Shown here piece by piece: positions 15,596 through 30,400 of a stretch of 64,000 nt of DNA. The notes under the pieces are model-generated. The model was not told where the DNA came from. It saw only the letters and a program-made list of their open reading frames with translations, and did no database searches. The first letter of the stretch is position 1, and each line of letters begins with the position of its first letter. The position numbers and the translations under genes were made by a program. Where the stretch lies: assembly GCA_964016885.1 (NCBI GenBank), contig OZ024742.1, forward strand, positions 288,548,001 to 288,612,000. The letters run 5' to 3'. The DNA is from Eledone cirrhosa (taxonomy: Eukaryota).

Positions 15596-18500
15596 GGTGT
15601 ACCAACAGTCACAGACACACACATACACTATAGTAGGTGGTGTACCAACAGTCACAGACACACACACACTATAGTAGGTGGTGTACCAACAGTCACAGAC
15701 ACACACACACACACTATAGTAGGTGGTGTACCAACAGTCACAGACACACACATACACTATAGTAGGTGGTGTACCAACAGTCACAGACACACACATACAC
15801 TATAGTAGGTGGTGTACCAACAGTCACAGATACACACACACACACACTATAGTAGGTGGTGTACCAACAGTCACAGACACACACACACACTATAGTAGGC
15901 GGTGTACCAACAGTCACAGACACACACACACTATAGTAGGTGGTGTACCAACAGTCACAGACACACACACACTCTATAGTAGGTGGTGTACCAACAGTCA
16001 CAGATACACACACACACACTATAGTAGGTGGTGTACCAACAGTCACAGATACGAACACACACACTATAGTAGGTGGTGTACCAACAGTCACAGACACACA
16101 CACACACACTATAGTAGGTGGTGTACCAACAGTCACAGACACACACATACACTATAGTAGGTGGTGTACCAACAGTCACAGATACACACACACACACTAT
16201 AGTAGGTGGTGTACCAACAGTCACAGACACACACATACACTATAGTAGATGGTGTACCAACAGTCACAGACACACACATACACTATAGTAGGTGGTGTAC
16301 CAACAGTCACAGACACACACACTATAGTAGGTGGTGTACCAACAGTCGCAGACACACACACACGCTATAGTAGGTGGTGTACCAACAGTCACAGATACAC
16401 ACACACGCTATAGTAGGTGGTGTACCAACAGTCACAGACACACACACACTATAGTAAGTGGTGTACCAACAGTCACAGATACACACACACACACACACTA
16501 TAGTAGGTGGTGTACCAACAGTCACAGACACACACATCCACTATAGTAAGTGGTGTACCAACAGTCACAGATACACACACACACACTATAGTAGGTGGTG
16601 TACCAACAGTCACAGACACACACATACACTATAGTAGGTGGTGTACCAACAGTCACAGATACACACACACACTATAGTAAGTGGTGTACCAACAGTCACA
16701 GACACACACATACACTACAGTAGGTGGTGTACCAACAGTCACAGACACACACACACTATAGTAGGTGGTGTACCAACAGTCACAGACACACACACACTAT
16801 AGTAGGTGGTGTACCAACAGTCACAGACACACACATACACTATAGTAGGTGGTGTACCAACAGTCACACACACATACACTATAGTAGGTGGTGTACCAAC
16901 AGTCACAGATACACACACACACACTATAGTAGGTGGTGTACCAACAGTCACAGACATACACACACACTATAGTAGGTGGTGTACCAACAGTCACAGACAC
17001 ACACACACACACACTATAGTAGGTGGTGTACCAACAGTCACAGACACACACACACACTATAGTAGGTGGTGTACCAACAGTCACAGATACACACACACAC
17101 ACTATAGTAGGTGTTGTACCAACAGTCACAGATACACACAAACACACTATAGTAGGTGGTGTACCAACAGTCACAGATACACACACACACACTATAGTAA
17201 GTGGTGTACCAACAGTCACAGATACACACACACACACTATAGTAGGCGGTGTACTAACAGTCACAGACACACACACTATAGTAGGTGGTGTACCAACAGT
17301 CACAGACACACACATACACTATAGTAGGTGGTGTACCAACAGTCACAGACACACACACACTATAGTAGGTGGTGTACCAACAGTCACAGACACACACACA
17401 CACACTATAGTAGGTGGTGTACCAACAGTCACAGACACACACACACACACTATAGTAGGTGGTGTACCAACAGTCACAGACACACATACACTATAGTAGG
17501 TGGTGTACCAACAGTCACAGACACACACACACACACTATAGTAGGTGGTGTACCAACAGTCACAGACACACACACACTATAGTAGGTGGTGTACCAACAG
17601 TCACAGACACACACACACACACTATAGTAGGTGGTGTACCAACAGTCACAGACACACACATACACTATAGTAGGTGGTGTACCAACAGTCACAGACACAC
17701 ACATACACTATAGTAGGTGGTGTACCAACAGTCACAGATACACACACACACACACTATAGTAGGTGGTGTACCAACAGTCACAGACACACACACACACTA
17801 TAGTAGGTGGTGTACCAACAGTCACAGATACACACACACACTATAGTTGGTGGTGTACCAACAGTCACAGATACACACACACACACTATAGTAGGTGGTG
17901 TACCAACAGTCACAGATACACACACACACACTATAGTAGGTGGTGTAGCAACAGTCACAGATACACACACACACACTATAGTAAGTGGTGTACCAACAGT
18001 CACAGATACACACACACTATAGTAGGTGGTGTACCAACAGTCACAGACACACACACACACACTATAGTAGGTGGTGTACCAACAGTCACAGACACACACA
18101 TACACTATAGTAGGTGGTGTACCAACAGTCACAGATACACACACACACACTATAGTAGGTGGTGTACCAACAGTCACAGACACACACATACACTATAGTA
18201 GGTGGTGTACCAACAGTCACAGACACACACATACACTATAGTAGGTGGTGTACCAACAGTCACAGATACACGCACACACACTATAGTAGGTGGTGTACCA
18301 ACAGTCACAGACACACACATACACTATAGTAGGTGGTGTACCAACAGTCACAGACACACACATACACTATAGTAGGTGGTGTACCAACAGTCACAGACAC
18401 ACACATACACTATAGTAAGTGTTGTACCAACAGTCACAGACACACACACTATAGTAGGTGGTGTACCAACAGTCACAGACACACACACACGCTATAGTAG

Positions 18501-20574
18501 GTGGTGTACCAACAGTCACAGATACACACACACGCTATAGTAGGTGGTGTACCAACAGTCACAGACACACACACACTATAGTAAGTGGTGTACCAACAGT
18601 CACAGATACACACACACACACTATAGTAGGTGGTGTACCAACAGTCACAGACACACACACACACACTATAGTAGGTGGTGTACCAACAGTCACAGACACA
18701 CACACACACACTATAGTAGGTGGTGTACCAACAGTCACAGACACACATACACTATAGTAGGTGGTGTACCAACAGTCACAGACACACACACACTATAGTA
18801 GGTGGTGTACCAACAGTCACAGACACACACACACACACTATAGTAGGTGGTGTACCAACAGTCACAGACACACACATACACTATAGTAGGTGGTGTACCA
18901 ACAGTCACAGACACACACATACACTATAGTAGGTGGTGTACCAACAGTCACAGATACACACACACACACACTATAGTAGGTGGTGTACCAACAGTCACAG
19001 ACACACACACACACTATAGTAGGTGGTGTACCAACAGTCACAGACACACACACACACACTATAGTAGGTGGTGTACCAACAGTCACAGACACACACACAC
19101 TCTATAGTAGGTGGTGTACCAACAGTCACAGATACACACACACACACTATAGTAGGTGGTGTACCAACAGTCACAGATACACACACACACACTATAGTAG
19201 GTGGTGTACCAACAGTCACAGATACACACACACACACTATAGTAAGTGGTGTACCAACAGTCACAGATACACACACACACACTATAGTAGGTGGTGTACC
19301 AACAGTCACAGACACACACACACACACTATAGTAGGTGGTGTACCAACAGTCACAGACACACACATACACTATAGTAGGTGGTGTACCAACAGTCACAGA
19401 TACACACACACACACTATAGTAGGTGGTGTACCAACAGTCACAGACACACACATACACTATAGTAGGTGGTGTACCAACAGTCACAGACACACACATACA
19501 CTATAGTAGGTGGTGTACCAACAGTCACAGATACACACACACACACTATAGTAGGTGGTGTACCAACAGTCACAGACACACACATACACTATAGTAGGTG
19601 GTGTACCAACAGTCACAGACACACACATACACTATAGTAGGTGGTGTACCAACAGTCACAGACACACACATACACTATAGTAAGTGTTGTACCAACAGTC
19701 ACAGACATACACACTATAGTAGGTGGTGTACCAACAGTCACAGACACACACACACGCTATAGTAGGTGGTGTACCAACAGTCACAGATACACACACACGC
19801 TATAGTAGGTGGTGTACCAACAGTCACAGACACACACACACTATAGTAAGTGGTGTACCAACAGTCACAGATATACACACAATATAGTAGGTGGTGTACC
19901 AACAGTCACAGATACACACACACACACTATAGTAGGTGGTGTACCAACAGTCACAGACACACACACACACTATAGTAGGTGGTGTACCAACAGCCACAGA
20001 CACACACACACACACTATAGTAGGTGGTGTACCAACAGTCACAGACACACACACACACTATAGTAGGTGGTGTACCAACAGTCACAGGTACACACACACA
20101 CACTATAGTAGGTGGTGTACCAACATTCACAGACACACACACACACTATAGTAGGTGGTGTACCAACAGTCACAGACACACACACACACTATAGTAGGTG
20201 GTGTACCAACAGTCACAGACACACACACACACACTATAGTAGGTGGTGTACCAACAGTCACAGATACACACACACACACACTATAGTAGGTGGTATACCA
20301 ACAGTCACAGACACACACACACTATAGTAGGTGGTGTACCAACAGTCACAGACACACACACACACACTATAGTAGGTGGTGTACCAACAGTCACAGACAC
20401 ACACACTATAGTAGGTGGTGTACCAACAGTCACAGACACACACATACACTATAGTAAGTGGTGTACCAACAGTCACAGACACACACACAGACTATAGTAG
20501 GTGGTGTACCAACAGTCACAGATACACACACACACACTATAGTAGGTGGTGTACCAACAGTCACAGACACACAC

Positions 20575-21295
20575 ACACACACATACACACTACAGTAGGT
20601 GGTGTACCAACAGTCACACACACACACACTATAGTAGGTGGTGTACCAACAGTCACAGACACACACACTACAGTAGGTGGTGTACCAACAGTCACACACA
20701 CACACACACACTACAGTAGGTGGTGTACCAACAGTCACACACATACACACACACACTATAGTAGGTGGTGTACCAACAGTCACAGACACACACACACACA
20801 CACACACTATAGTAGGTGGTGTACCAACAGTCACACACAAACACACTATAGTAGCTGGTGTACCAACACACACACTAAAGTAGGTCCTGTACCAACATTC
20901 ACACACACACTACAGTAGGTGGTGTACCAACACACACACACACACACACTACAGTAGGTGGTATACCAACACACATACACACTACAGTAGGTGATGTACC
21001 AACAGTCACATACACACTACAGTAGGTGATGTACCAACACACACTATAGTAGGTGGTGTACCAACACATACACACTACAGTAGGTGATGTACCAACAGTC
21101 ACATACACACTACAGTAGGTGATGTACCAACACACACTATAGTAGGTGGTGTACCAACACATACACACTACAGTAGGTGATGTACCAACACACACACACA
21201 CACACCCACACACACACTACAGTAGGTGGTGTACCAACAGTCACACACACTACAGTAGATGGTGTACCAACAGGCACACACACACACTAGAGTAG
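20575..21295 (+). repeat. Divergent short-monomer island 3 (truncated copy of island 2)
   Basis: Matches ~14875-15595 at an offset of about 5702. It lacks the first ~300 bp of island 2 and has a single CTAAAGTAGGTCCTG at 20875. Confidence 0.92.
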
Positions 21296-24200
21296 GTGGT
21301 GTACCAACAGTCACAGACACACACATACACTATAGTAGGTGGTGTACCAACAGTCACAGACACACACACACTATAGTAGGTGGTGTACCAACAGTCACAG
21401 ACACACACACACACACTATAGTAGGTGGTGTACCAACAGTCACAGACACACACATACACTATAGTAGGTGGTGTACCAACAGTCACAGACACACACATAC
21501 ACTATAGTAGGTGGTGTACCAACAGTCACAGATACACACACACACACACTATAGTAGGTGGTGTACCAACAGTCACAGACACACACACACACTATAGTAG
21601 GTGGTGTACCAACAGTCACAGACACACACACACTATAGTAGGTGGTGTACCAACAGTCACAGATACACACACACACACTATAGTAGGTGGTGTACCAACA
21701 GTCACAGATACGAACACACACACTATAGTAGGTGGTGTACCAACAGTCACAGACACACACACACACACTATAGTAGGTGGTGTACCAACAGTCACAGACA
21801 CACACATACACTATAGTAGGTGGTGTACCAACAGTCACAGATACACACACACACACTATAGTAGGTGGTGTACCAACAGTCACAGACACACACATACACT
21901 ATAGTAGATGGTGTACCAACAGTCACAGACACACACATACACTATAGTAGGTGGTGTACCAACAGTCACAGACACACACACTATAGTAGGTGGTGTACCA
22001 ACAGTCGCAGACACACACACACGCTATAGTAGGTGGTGTACCAACAGTCACAGATACACACACACGCTATAGTAGGTGGTGTACCAACAGTCACAGACAC
22101 ACACACACTATAGTAAGTGGTGTACCAACAGTCACAGATACACACACACACACACACTATAGTAGGTGGTGTACCAACAGTCACAGACACACACATCCAC
22201 TATAGTAAGTGGTGTACCAACAGTCACAGATACACACACACACACTATAGTAGGTGGTGTACCAACAGTCACAGACACACACATACACTATAGTAGGTGG
22301 TGTACCAACAGTCACAGATACACACACACACTATAGTAAGTGGTGTACCAACAGTCACAGACACACACATACACTACAGTAGGTGGTGTACCAACAGTCA
22401 CAGACACACACACACTATAGTAGGTGGTGTACCAACAGTCACAGACACACACACACTATAGTAGGTGGTGTACCAACAGTCACAGACACACACATACACT
22501 ATAGTAGGTGGTGTACCAACAGTCACACACACATACACTATAGTAGGTGGTGTACCAACAGTCACAGATACACACACACACACTATAGTAGGTGGTGTAC
22601 CAACAGTCACAGACATACACACACACTATAGTAGGTGGTGTACCAACAGTCACAGACACACACACACACACACTATAGTAGGTGGTGTACCAACAGTCAC
22701 AGACACACACACACACTATAGTAGGTGGTGTACCAACAGTCACAGATACACACACACACACTATAGTAGGTGTTGTACCAACAGTCACAGATACACACAA
22801 ACACACTATAGTAGGTGGTGTACCAACAGTCACAGATACACACACACACACTATAGTAAGTGGTGTACCAACAGTCACAGATACACTCACACACACTATA
22901 GTAGGCGGTGTACTAACAGTCACAGACACACACACTATAGTAGGTGGTGTACCAACAGTCACAGACACACACATACACTATAGTAGGTGGTGTACCAACA
23001 GTCACAGACACACACACACTATAGTAGGTGGTGTACCAACAGTCACGGACACACACACACACACTATAGTAGGTGGTGTACCAACAGTCACAGACACACA
23101 CACACACACTATAGTAGGTGGTGTACCAACAGTCACAGACACACATACACTATAGTAGGTGGTGTACCAACAGTCACAGACACACACACACACACTATAG
23201 TAGGTGGTGTACCAACAGTCACAGACACACACACACTATAGTAGGTGGTGTACCAACAGTCACAGACACACACACACACACTATAGTAGGTGGTGTACCA
23301 ACAGTCACAGACACACACATACACTATAGTAGGTGGTGTACCAACAGTCACAGACACACACATACACTATAGTAGGTGGTGTACCAACAGTCACAGATAC
23401 ACACACACACACACTATAGTAGGTGGTGTACCAACAGTCACAGACACACACACACACTATAGTAGGTGGTGTACCAACAGTCACAGATACACACACACAC
23501 TATAGTAGGTGGTGTACCAACAGTCACAGATACACACACACACACTATAGTAGGTGGTGTACCAACAGTCACAGATACACACACACACACTATAGTAGGT
23601 GGTGTAGCAACAGTCACAGATACACACACACACACTATAGTAAGTGGTGTACCAACAGTCACAGATACACACACACTATAGTAGGTGGTGTACCAACAGT
23701 CACAGACACACACACACACACTATAGTAGGTGGTGTACCAACAGTCACAGACACACACATACACTATAGTAGGTGGTGTACCAACAGTCACAGATACACA
23801 CACACACACTATAGTAGGTGGTGTACCAACAGTCACAGACACACACATACACTATAGTAGGTGGTGTACCAACAGTCACAGACACACACATACACTATAG
23901 TAGGTGGTGTACCAACAGTCACAGATACACGCACACACACTATAGTAGGTGGTGTACCAACAGTCACAGACACACACATACACTATAGTAGGTGGTGTAC
24001 CAACAGTCACAGACACACACATACACTATAGTAGGTGGTGTACCAACAGTCACAGACACACACATACACTATAGTAAGTGTTGTACCAACAGTCACAGAC
24101 ACACACACTATAGTAGGTGGTGTACCAACAGTCACAGACACACACACACGCTATAGTAGGTGGTGTACCAACAGTCACAGATACACACACACGCTATAGT

Positions 24201-24499
24201 AGGTGGTGTACCAACAGTCACAGACACACACACACTATAGTAAGTGGTGTACCAACAGTCACAGATACACACACACACACTATAGTAGGTGGTGTACCAA
24301 CAGTCACAGACACACACACACACACTATAGTAGGTGGTGTACCAACAGTCACAGACACACACACACACACTATAGTAGGTGGTGTACCAACAGTCACAGA
24401 CACACATACACTATAGTAGGTGGTGTACCAACAGTCACAGACACACACACACACACTATAGTAGGTGGTGTACCAACAGTCACAGACACACACACACTA

Positions 24500-27400
24500 T
24501 AGTAGGTGGTGTACCAACAGTCACAGACACACACACACACACTATAGTAGGTGGTGTACCAACAGTCACAGACACACACATACACTATAGTAGGTGGTGT
24601 ACCAACAGTCACAGACACACACATACACTATAGTAGGTGGTGTACCAACAGTCACAGATACACACACACACACACTATAGTAGGTGGTGTACCAACAGTC
24701 ACAGACACACACACACACTATAGTAGGTGGTGTACCAACAGTCACAGACACACACACACACACTATAGTAGGTGGTGTACCAACAGTCACAGACACACAC
24801 ACACTCTATAGTAGGTGGTGTACCAACAGTCACAGATACACACACACACACTATAGTAGGTGGTGTACCAACAGTCACAGATACACACACACACACTATA
24901 GTAGGTGGTGTACCAACAGTCACAGATACACACACACACACTATAGTAAGTGGTGTACCAACAGTCACAGATACACACACACACACTATAGTAGGTGGTG
25001 TACCAACAGTCACAGACACACACACACACACTATAGTAGGTGGTGTACCAACAGTCACAGACACACACATACACTATAGTAGGTGGTGTACCAACAGTCA
25101 CAGATACACACACACACACTATAGTAGGTGGTGTACCAACAGTCACAGACACACACATACACTATAGTAGGTGGTGTACCAACAGTCACAGACACACACA
25201 TACACTATAGTAGGTGGTGTACCAACAGTCACAGATACACACACACACACTATAGTAGGTGGTGTACCAACAGTCACAGACACACACATACACTATAGTA
25301 GGTGGTGTACCAACAGTCACAGACACACACATACACTATAGTAGGTGGTGTACCAACAGTCACAGACACACACATACACTATAGTAAGTGTTGTACCAAC
25401 AGTCACAGACATACACACTATAGTAGGTGGTGTACCAACAGTCACAGACACACACACACGCTATAGTAGGTGGTGTACCAACAGTCACAGATACACACAC
25501 ACGCTATAGTAGGTGGTGTACCAACAGTCACAGACACACACACACTATAGTAAGTGGTGTACCAACAGTCACAGATACACACACACACACTATAGTAGGT
25601 GGTGTACCAACAGTCACAGACACACACACACACACTATAGTAGGTGGTGTACCAACAGTCACAGACACACACATCCACTATAGTAAGTGGTGTAACAACA
25701 GTCACAGATACACACACACACACTATAGTAGGTGGTGTACCAACAGTCACAGACACACACATACACTATAGTAGGTGGTGTACCAACAGTCACAGATACA
25801 CACACACACTATAGTAAGTGGTGTACCAACAGTCACAGACACACACATACACTACAGTAGGTGGTGTACCAACAGTCACAGACACACACACACTATAGTA
25901 GGTGGTGTACCAACAGTCACAGACACACACACACTATAGTAGGTGGTGTACCAACAGTCACACACACATACACTATAGTAGGTGGTGTACCAACAGTCAC
26001 AGATACACACACACACACTATAGTAGGTGGTGTACCAACAGTCACAGACATACACACACACTATAGTAGGTGGTGTACCAACAGTCACAGACACACACAC
26101 ACACACACTATAGTAGGTGGTGTACCAACAGTCACAGACACACACACACACTATAGTAGGTGGTGTACCAACAGTCACAGATACACACACACACACTATA
26201 GTAGGTGTTGTACCAACAGTCACAGATACACACAAACACACTATAGTAGGTGGTGTACCAACAGTCACAGATACACACACACACACTATAGTAAGTGGTG
26301 TACCAACAGTCACAGATACACACACACACACTATAGTAGGTGGTGTACCAACAGTCACAGACACACACACTATAGTAGGTGGTGTACCAACAGTCACAGA
26401 CACACACATACACTATAGTAGGTGGTGTACCAACAGTCACAGACACACACATACACTATAGTAAGTGGTGTACCAACAGTCACAGATACACACACACACT
26501 ATAGTAGGTGGTGTACCAACAGTCACAGACACACACACACACTATAGTAGGTGGTCTAGCAACAGTCACAGATACACACACACACACTATAGTAAGTGGT
26601 GTACCAACAGTCACAGATACACACACACACACTATAGTAGGTGGTGTACCAACAGTCACAGACACACACACACACACTATAGTAGGTGGTGTACCAACAG
26701 TCACAGACACACACATACACTATAGTAGGTGGTGTACCAACAGTCACAGATACACACACACACACTATAGTAGGTGGTGTACCAACAGTCACAGACACAC
26801 ACATACACTATAGTAGGTGGTGTACCAACAGTCACAGACACACACATACACTATAGTAGGTGGTGTACCAACAGTCACAGATACACGCACACACACTATA
26901 GTAGGTGGTGTACCAACAGTCACAGACACACACATACACTATAGTAGGTGGTGTACCAACAGTCACAGACACACACATACACTATAGTAGGTGGTGTACC
27001 AACAGTCACAGACACACACATACACTATAGTAAGTGTTGTACCAACAGTCACAGACACACACACTATAGTAGGTGGTGTACCAACAGTCACAGACACACA
27101 CACACGCTATAGTAGGTGGTGTACCAACAGTCACAGATACACACACACGCTATAGTAGGTGGTGTACCAACAGTCACAGACACACACACACTATAGTAAG
27201 TGGTGTACCAACAGTCACAGATACACACACACACACTATCGTAGGTGGTGTACCAACAGTCACAGACACACACACACACACACTATAGTAGGTGGTGTAC
27301 CAACAGTCACAGACACACACACACACACTATAGTAGGTGGTGTACCAACAGTCACAGACACACATACACTATAGTAGGTGGTGTACCAACAGTCACAGAC

Positions 27401-30400
27401 ACACACACACACACTATAGTAGGTGGTGTACCAACAGTCACAGACACACACACACTATAGTAGGTGGTGTACCAACAGTCACAGACACACACACACACAC
27501 TATAGTAGGTGGTGTACCAACAGTCACAGACACACACATACACTATAGTAGGTGGTGTACCAACAGTCACAGACACACACATACACTATAGTAGGTGGTG
27601 TACCAACAGTCACAGATACACACACACACACACTATAGTAGGTGGTGTACCAACAGTCACAGACACACACACACACTATAGTAGGTGGTGTACCAACAGT
27701 CACAGACACACACACACACACTATAGTAGGTGGTGTACCAACAGTCACAGACACACACACACTCTATAGTAGGTGGTGTACCAACAGTCACAGATACACA
27801 CACACACACTATAGTAGGTGGTGTACCAACAGTCACAGATACACACACACACACTATAGTAGGTGGTGTACCAACAGTCACAGACACACACACACACACT
27901 ATAGTAGGTGGTGTACCAACAGTCACAGACACACACACACTATAGTAGGTGGTGTACCAACAGTCACAGACACACACACACACACTATAGTAGGTGGTGT
28001 ACCAACAGTCACAGACACACACATACACTATAGTAGGTGGTGTACCAACAGTCACAGACACACACATACACTATAGTAGGTGGTGTACCAACAGTCACAG
28101 ATACACACACACACACACTATAGTAGGTGGTGTACCAACAGTCACAGACACACACACACACTATAGTAGGTGGTGTACCAACAGTCACAGACACACACAC
28201 ACACACTATAGTAGGTGGTGTACCAACAGTCACAGACACACACACACTCTATAGTAGGTGGTGTACCAACAGTCACAGATACACACACACACACTATAGT
28301 AGGTGGTGTACCAACAGTCACAGATACACACACACACACTATAGTAGGTGGTGTACCAACAGTCACAGATACACACACACACACTATAGTAAGTGGTGTA
28401 CCAACAGTCACAGATACACACACACACACTATAGTAGGTGGTGTACCAACAGTCACAGACACACACACACACACTATAGTAGGTGGTGTACCAACAGTCA
28501 CAGACACACACATACACTATAGTAGGTGGTGTACCAACAGTCACAGATACACACACACACACTATAGTAGGTGGTGTACCAACAGTCACAGACACACACA
28601 TACACTATAGTAGGTGGTGTACCAACAGTCACAGACACACACATACACTATAGTAGGTGGTGTACCAACAGTCACAGATACACACACACACACTATAGTA
28701 GGTGGTGTACCAACAGTCACAGACACACACATACACTATAGTAGGTGGTGTACCAACAGTCACAGACACACACATACACTATAGTAGGTGGTGTACCAAC
28801 AGTCACAGACACACACATACACTATAGTAAGTGTTGTACCAACAGTCACAGACATACACACTATAGTAGGTGGTGTACCAACAGTCACAGACACACACAC
28901 ACGCTATAGTAGGTGGTGTACCAACAGTCACAGATACACACACACGCTATAGTAGGTGGTGTACCAACAGTCACAGACACACACACACTATAGTAAGTGG
29001 TGTACCAACAGTCACAGATACACACACACACACTATAGTAGGTGGTGTACCAACAGTCACAGACACACACACACACACTATAGTAGGTGGTGTACCAACA
29101 GTCACAGACACACACATCCACTATAGTAAGTGGTGTAACAACAGTCACAGATACACACACACACACTATAGTAGGTGGTGTACCAACAGTCACAGACACA
29201 CACATACACTATAGTAGGTGGTGTACCAACAGTCACAGATACACACACACACTATAGTAAGTGGTGTACCAACAGTCACAGACACACACATACACTACAG
29301 TAGGTGGTGTACCAACAGTCACAGACACACACACACTATAGTAGGTGGTGTACCAACAGTCACAGACACACACACACTATAGTAGGTGGTGTACCAACAG
29401 TCACACACACATACACTATAGTAGGTGGTGTACCAACAGTCACAGATACACACACACACTATAGTAGGTGGTGTACCAACAGTCACAGACATACACACAC
29501 ACTATAGTAGGTGGTGTACCAACAGTCACAGACACACACACACACACACTATAGTAGGTGGTGTACCAACAGTCACAGACACACACACACACTATAGTAG
29601 GTGGTGTACCAACAGTCACAGATACACACACACACACTATAGTAGGTGTTGTACCAACAGTCACAGATACACACAAACACACTATAGTAGGTGGTGTACC
29701 AACAGTCACAGATACACACACACACACTATAGTAAGTGGTGTACCAACAGTCACAGATACACACACACACACTATAGTAGGTGGTGTACCAACAGTCACA
29801 GACACACACACTATAGTAGGTGGTGTACCAACAGTCACAGACACACACATACACTATAGTAGGTGGTGTACCAACAGTCACAGACACACACATACACTAT
29901 AGTAAGTGGTGTACCAACAGTCACAGATACACACACACACTATAGTAGGTGGTGTACCAACAGTCACAGACACACACACACACTATAGTAGGTGGTCTAG
30001 CAACAGTCACAGATACACACACACACACTATAGTAAGTGGTGTACCAACAGTCACAGATACACACACACACACTATAGTAGGTGGTGTACCAACAGTCAC
30101 AGACACACACACACACACTATAGTAGGTGGTGTACCAACAGTCACAGACACACACATACACTATAGTAGGTGGTGTACCAACAGTCACAGATACACACAC
30201 ACACACTATAGTAGGTGGTGTACCAACAGTCACAGACACACACATACACTATAGTAGGTGGTGTACCAACAGTCACAGACACACACATACACTATAGTAG
30301 GTGGTGTACCAACAGTCACAGATACACGCACACACACTATAGTAGGTGGTGTACCAACAGTCACAGACACACACATACACTATAGTAGGTGGTGTACCAA

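Larger units (their letters stand above)
13805..25510 (+). repeat. ~6.0/5.7-kb tandem segmental duplication (copy 1 ~13805-19805, copy 2 ~19806-25510)
   Basis: ORF offsets are 6001 (13808/19809, 14242/20243), 5702 (15557/21259), 5659 (16331/21990, 18458/24117) and 5704 (18847/24551). Private variants are shared (AGCCACAG, CAGGTAC, GATACGAAC, GTCGCAG, GGCGGTGTACTAA). Confidence 0.92.
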
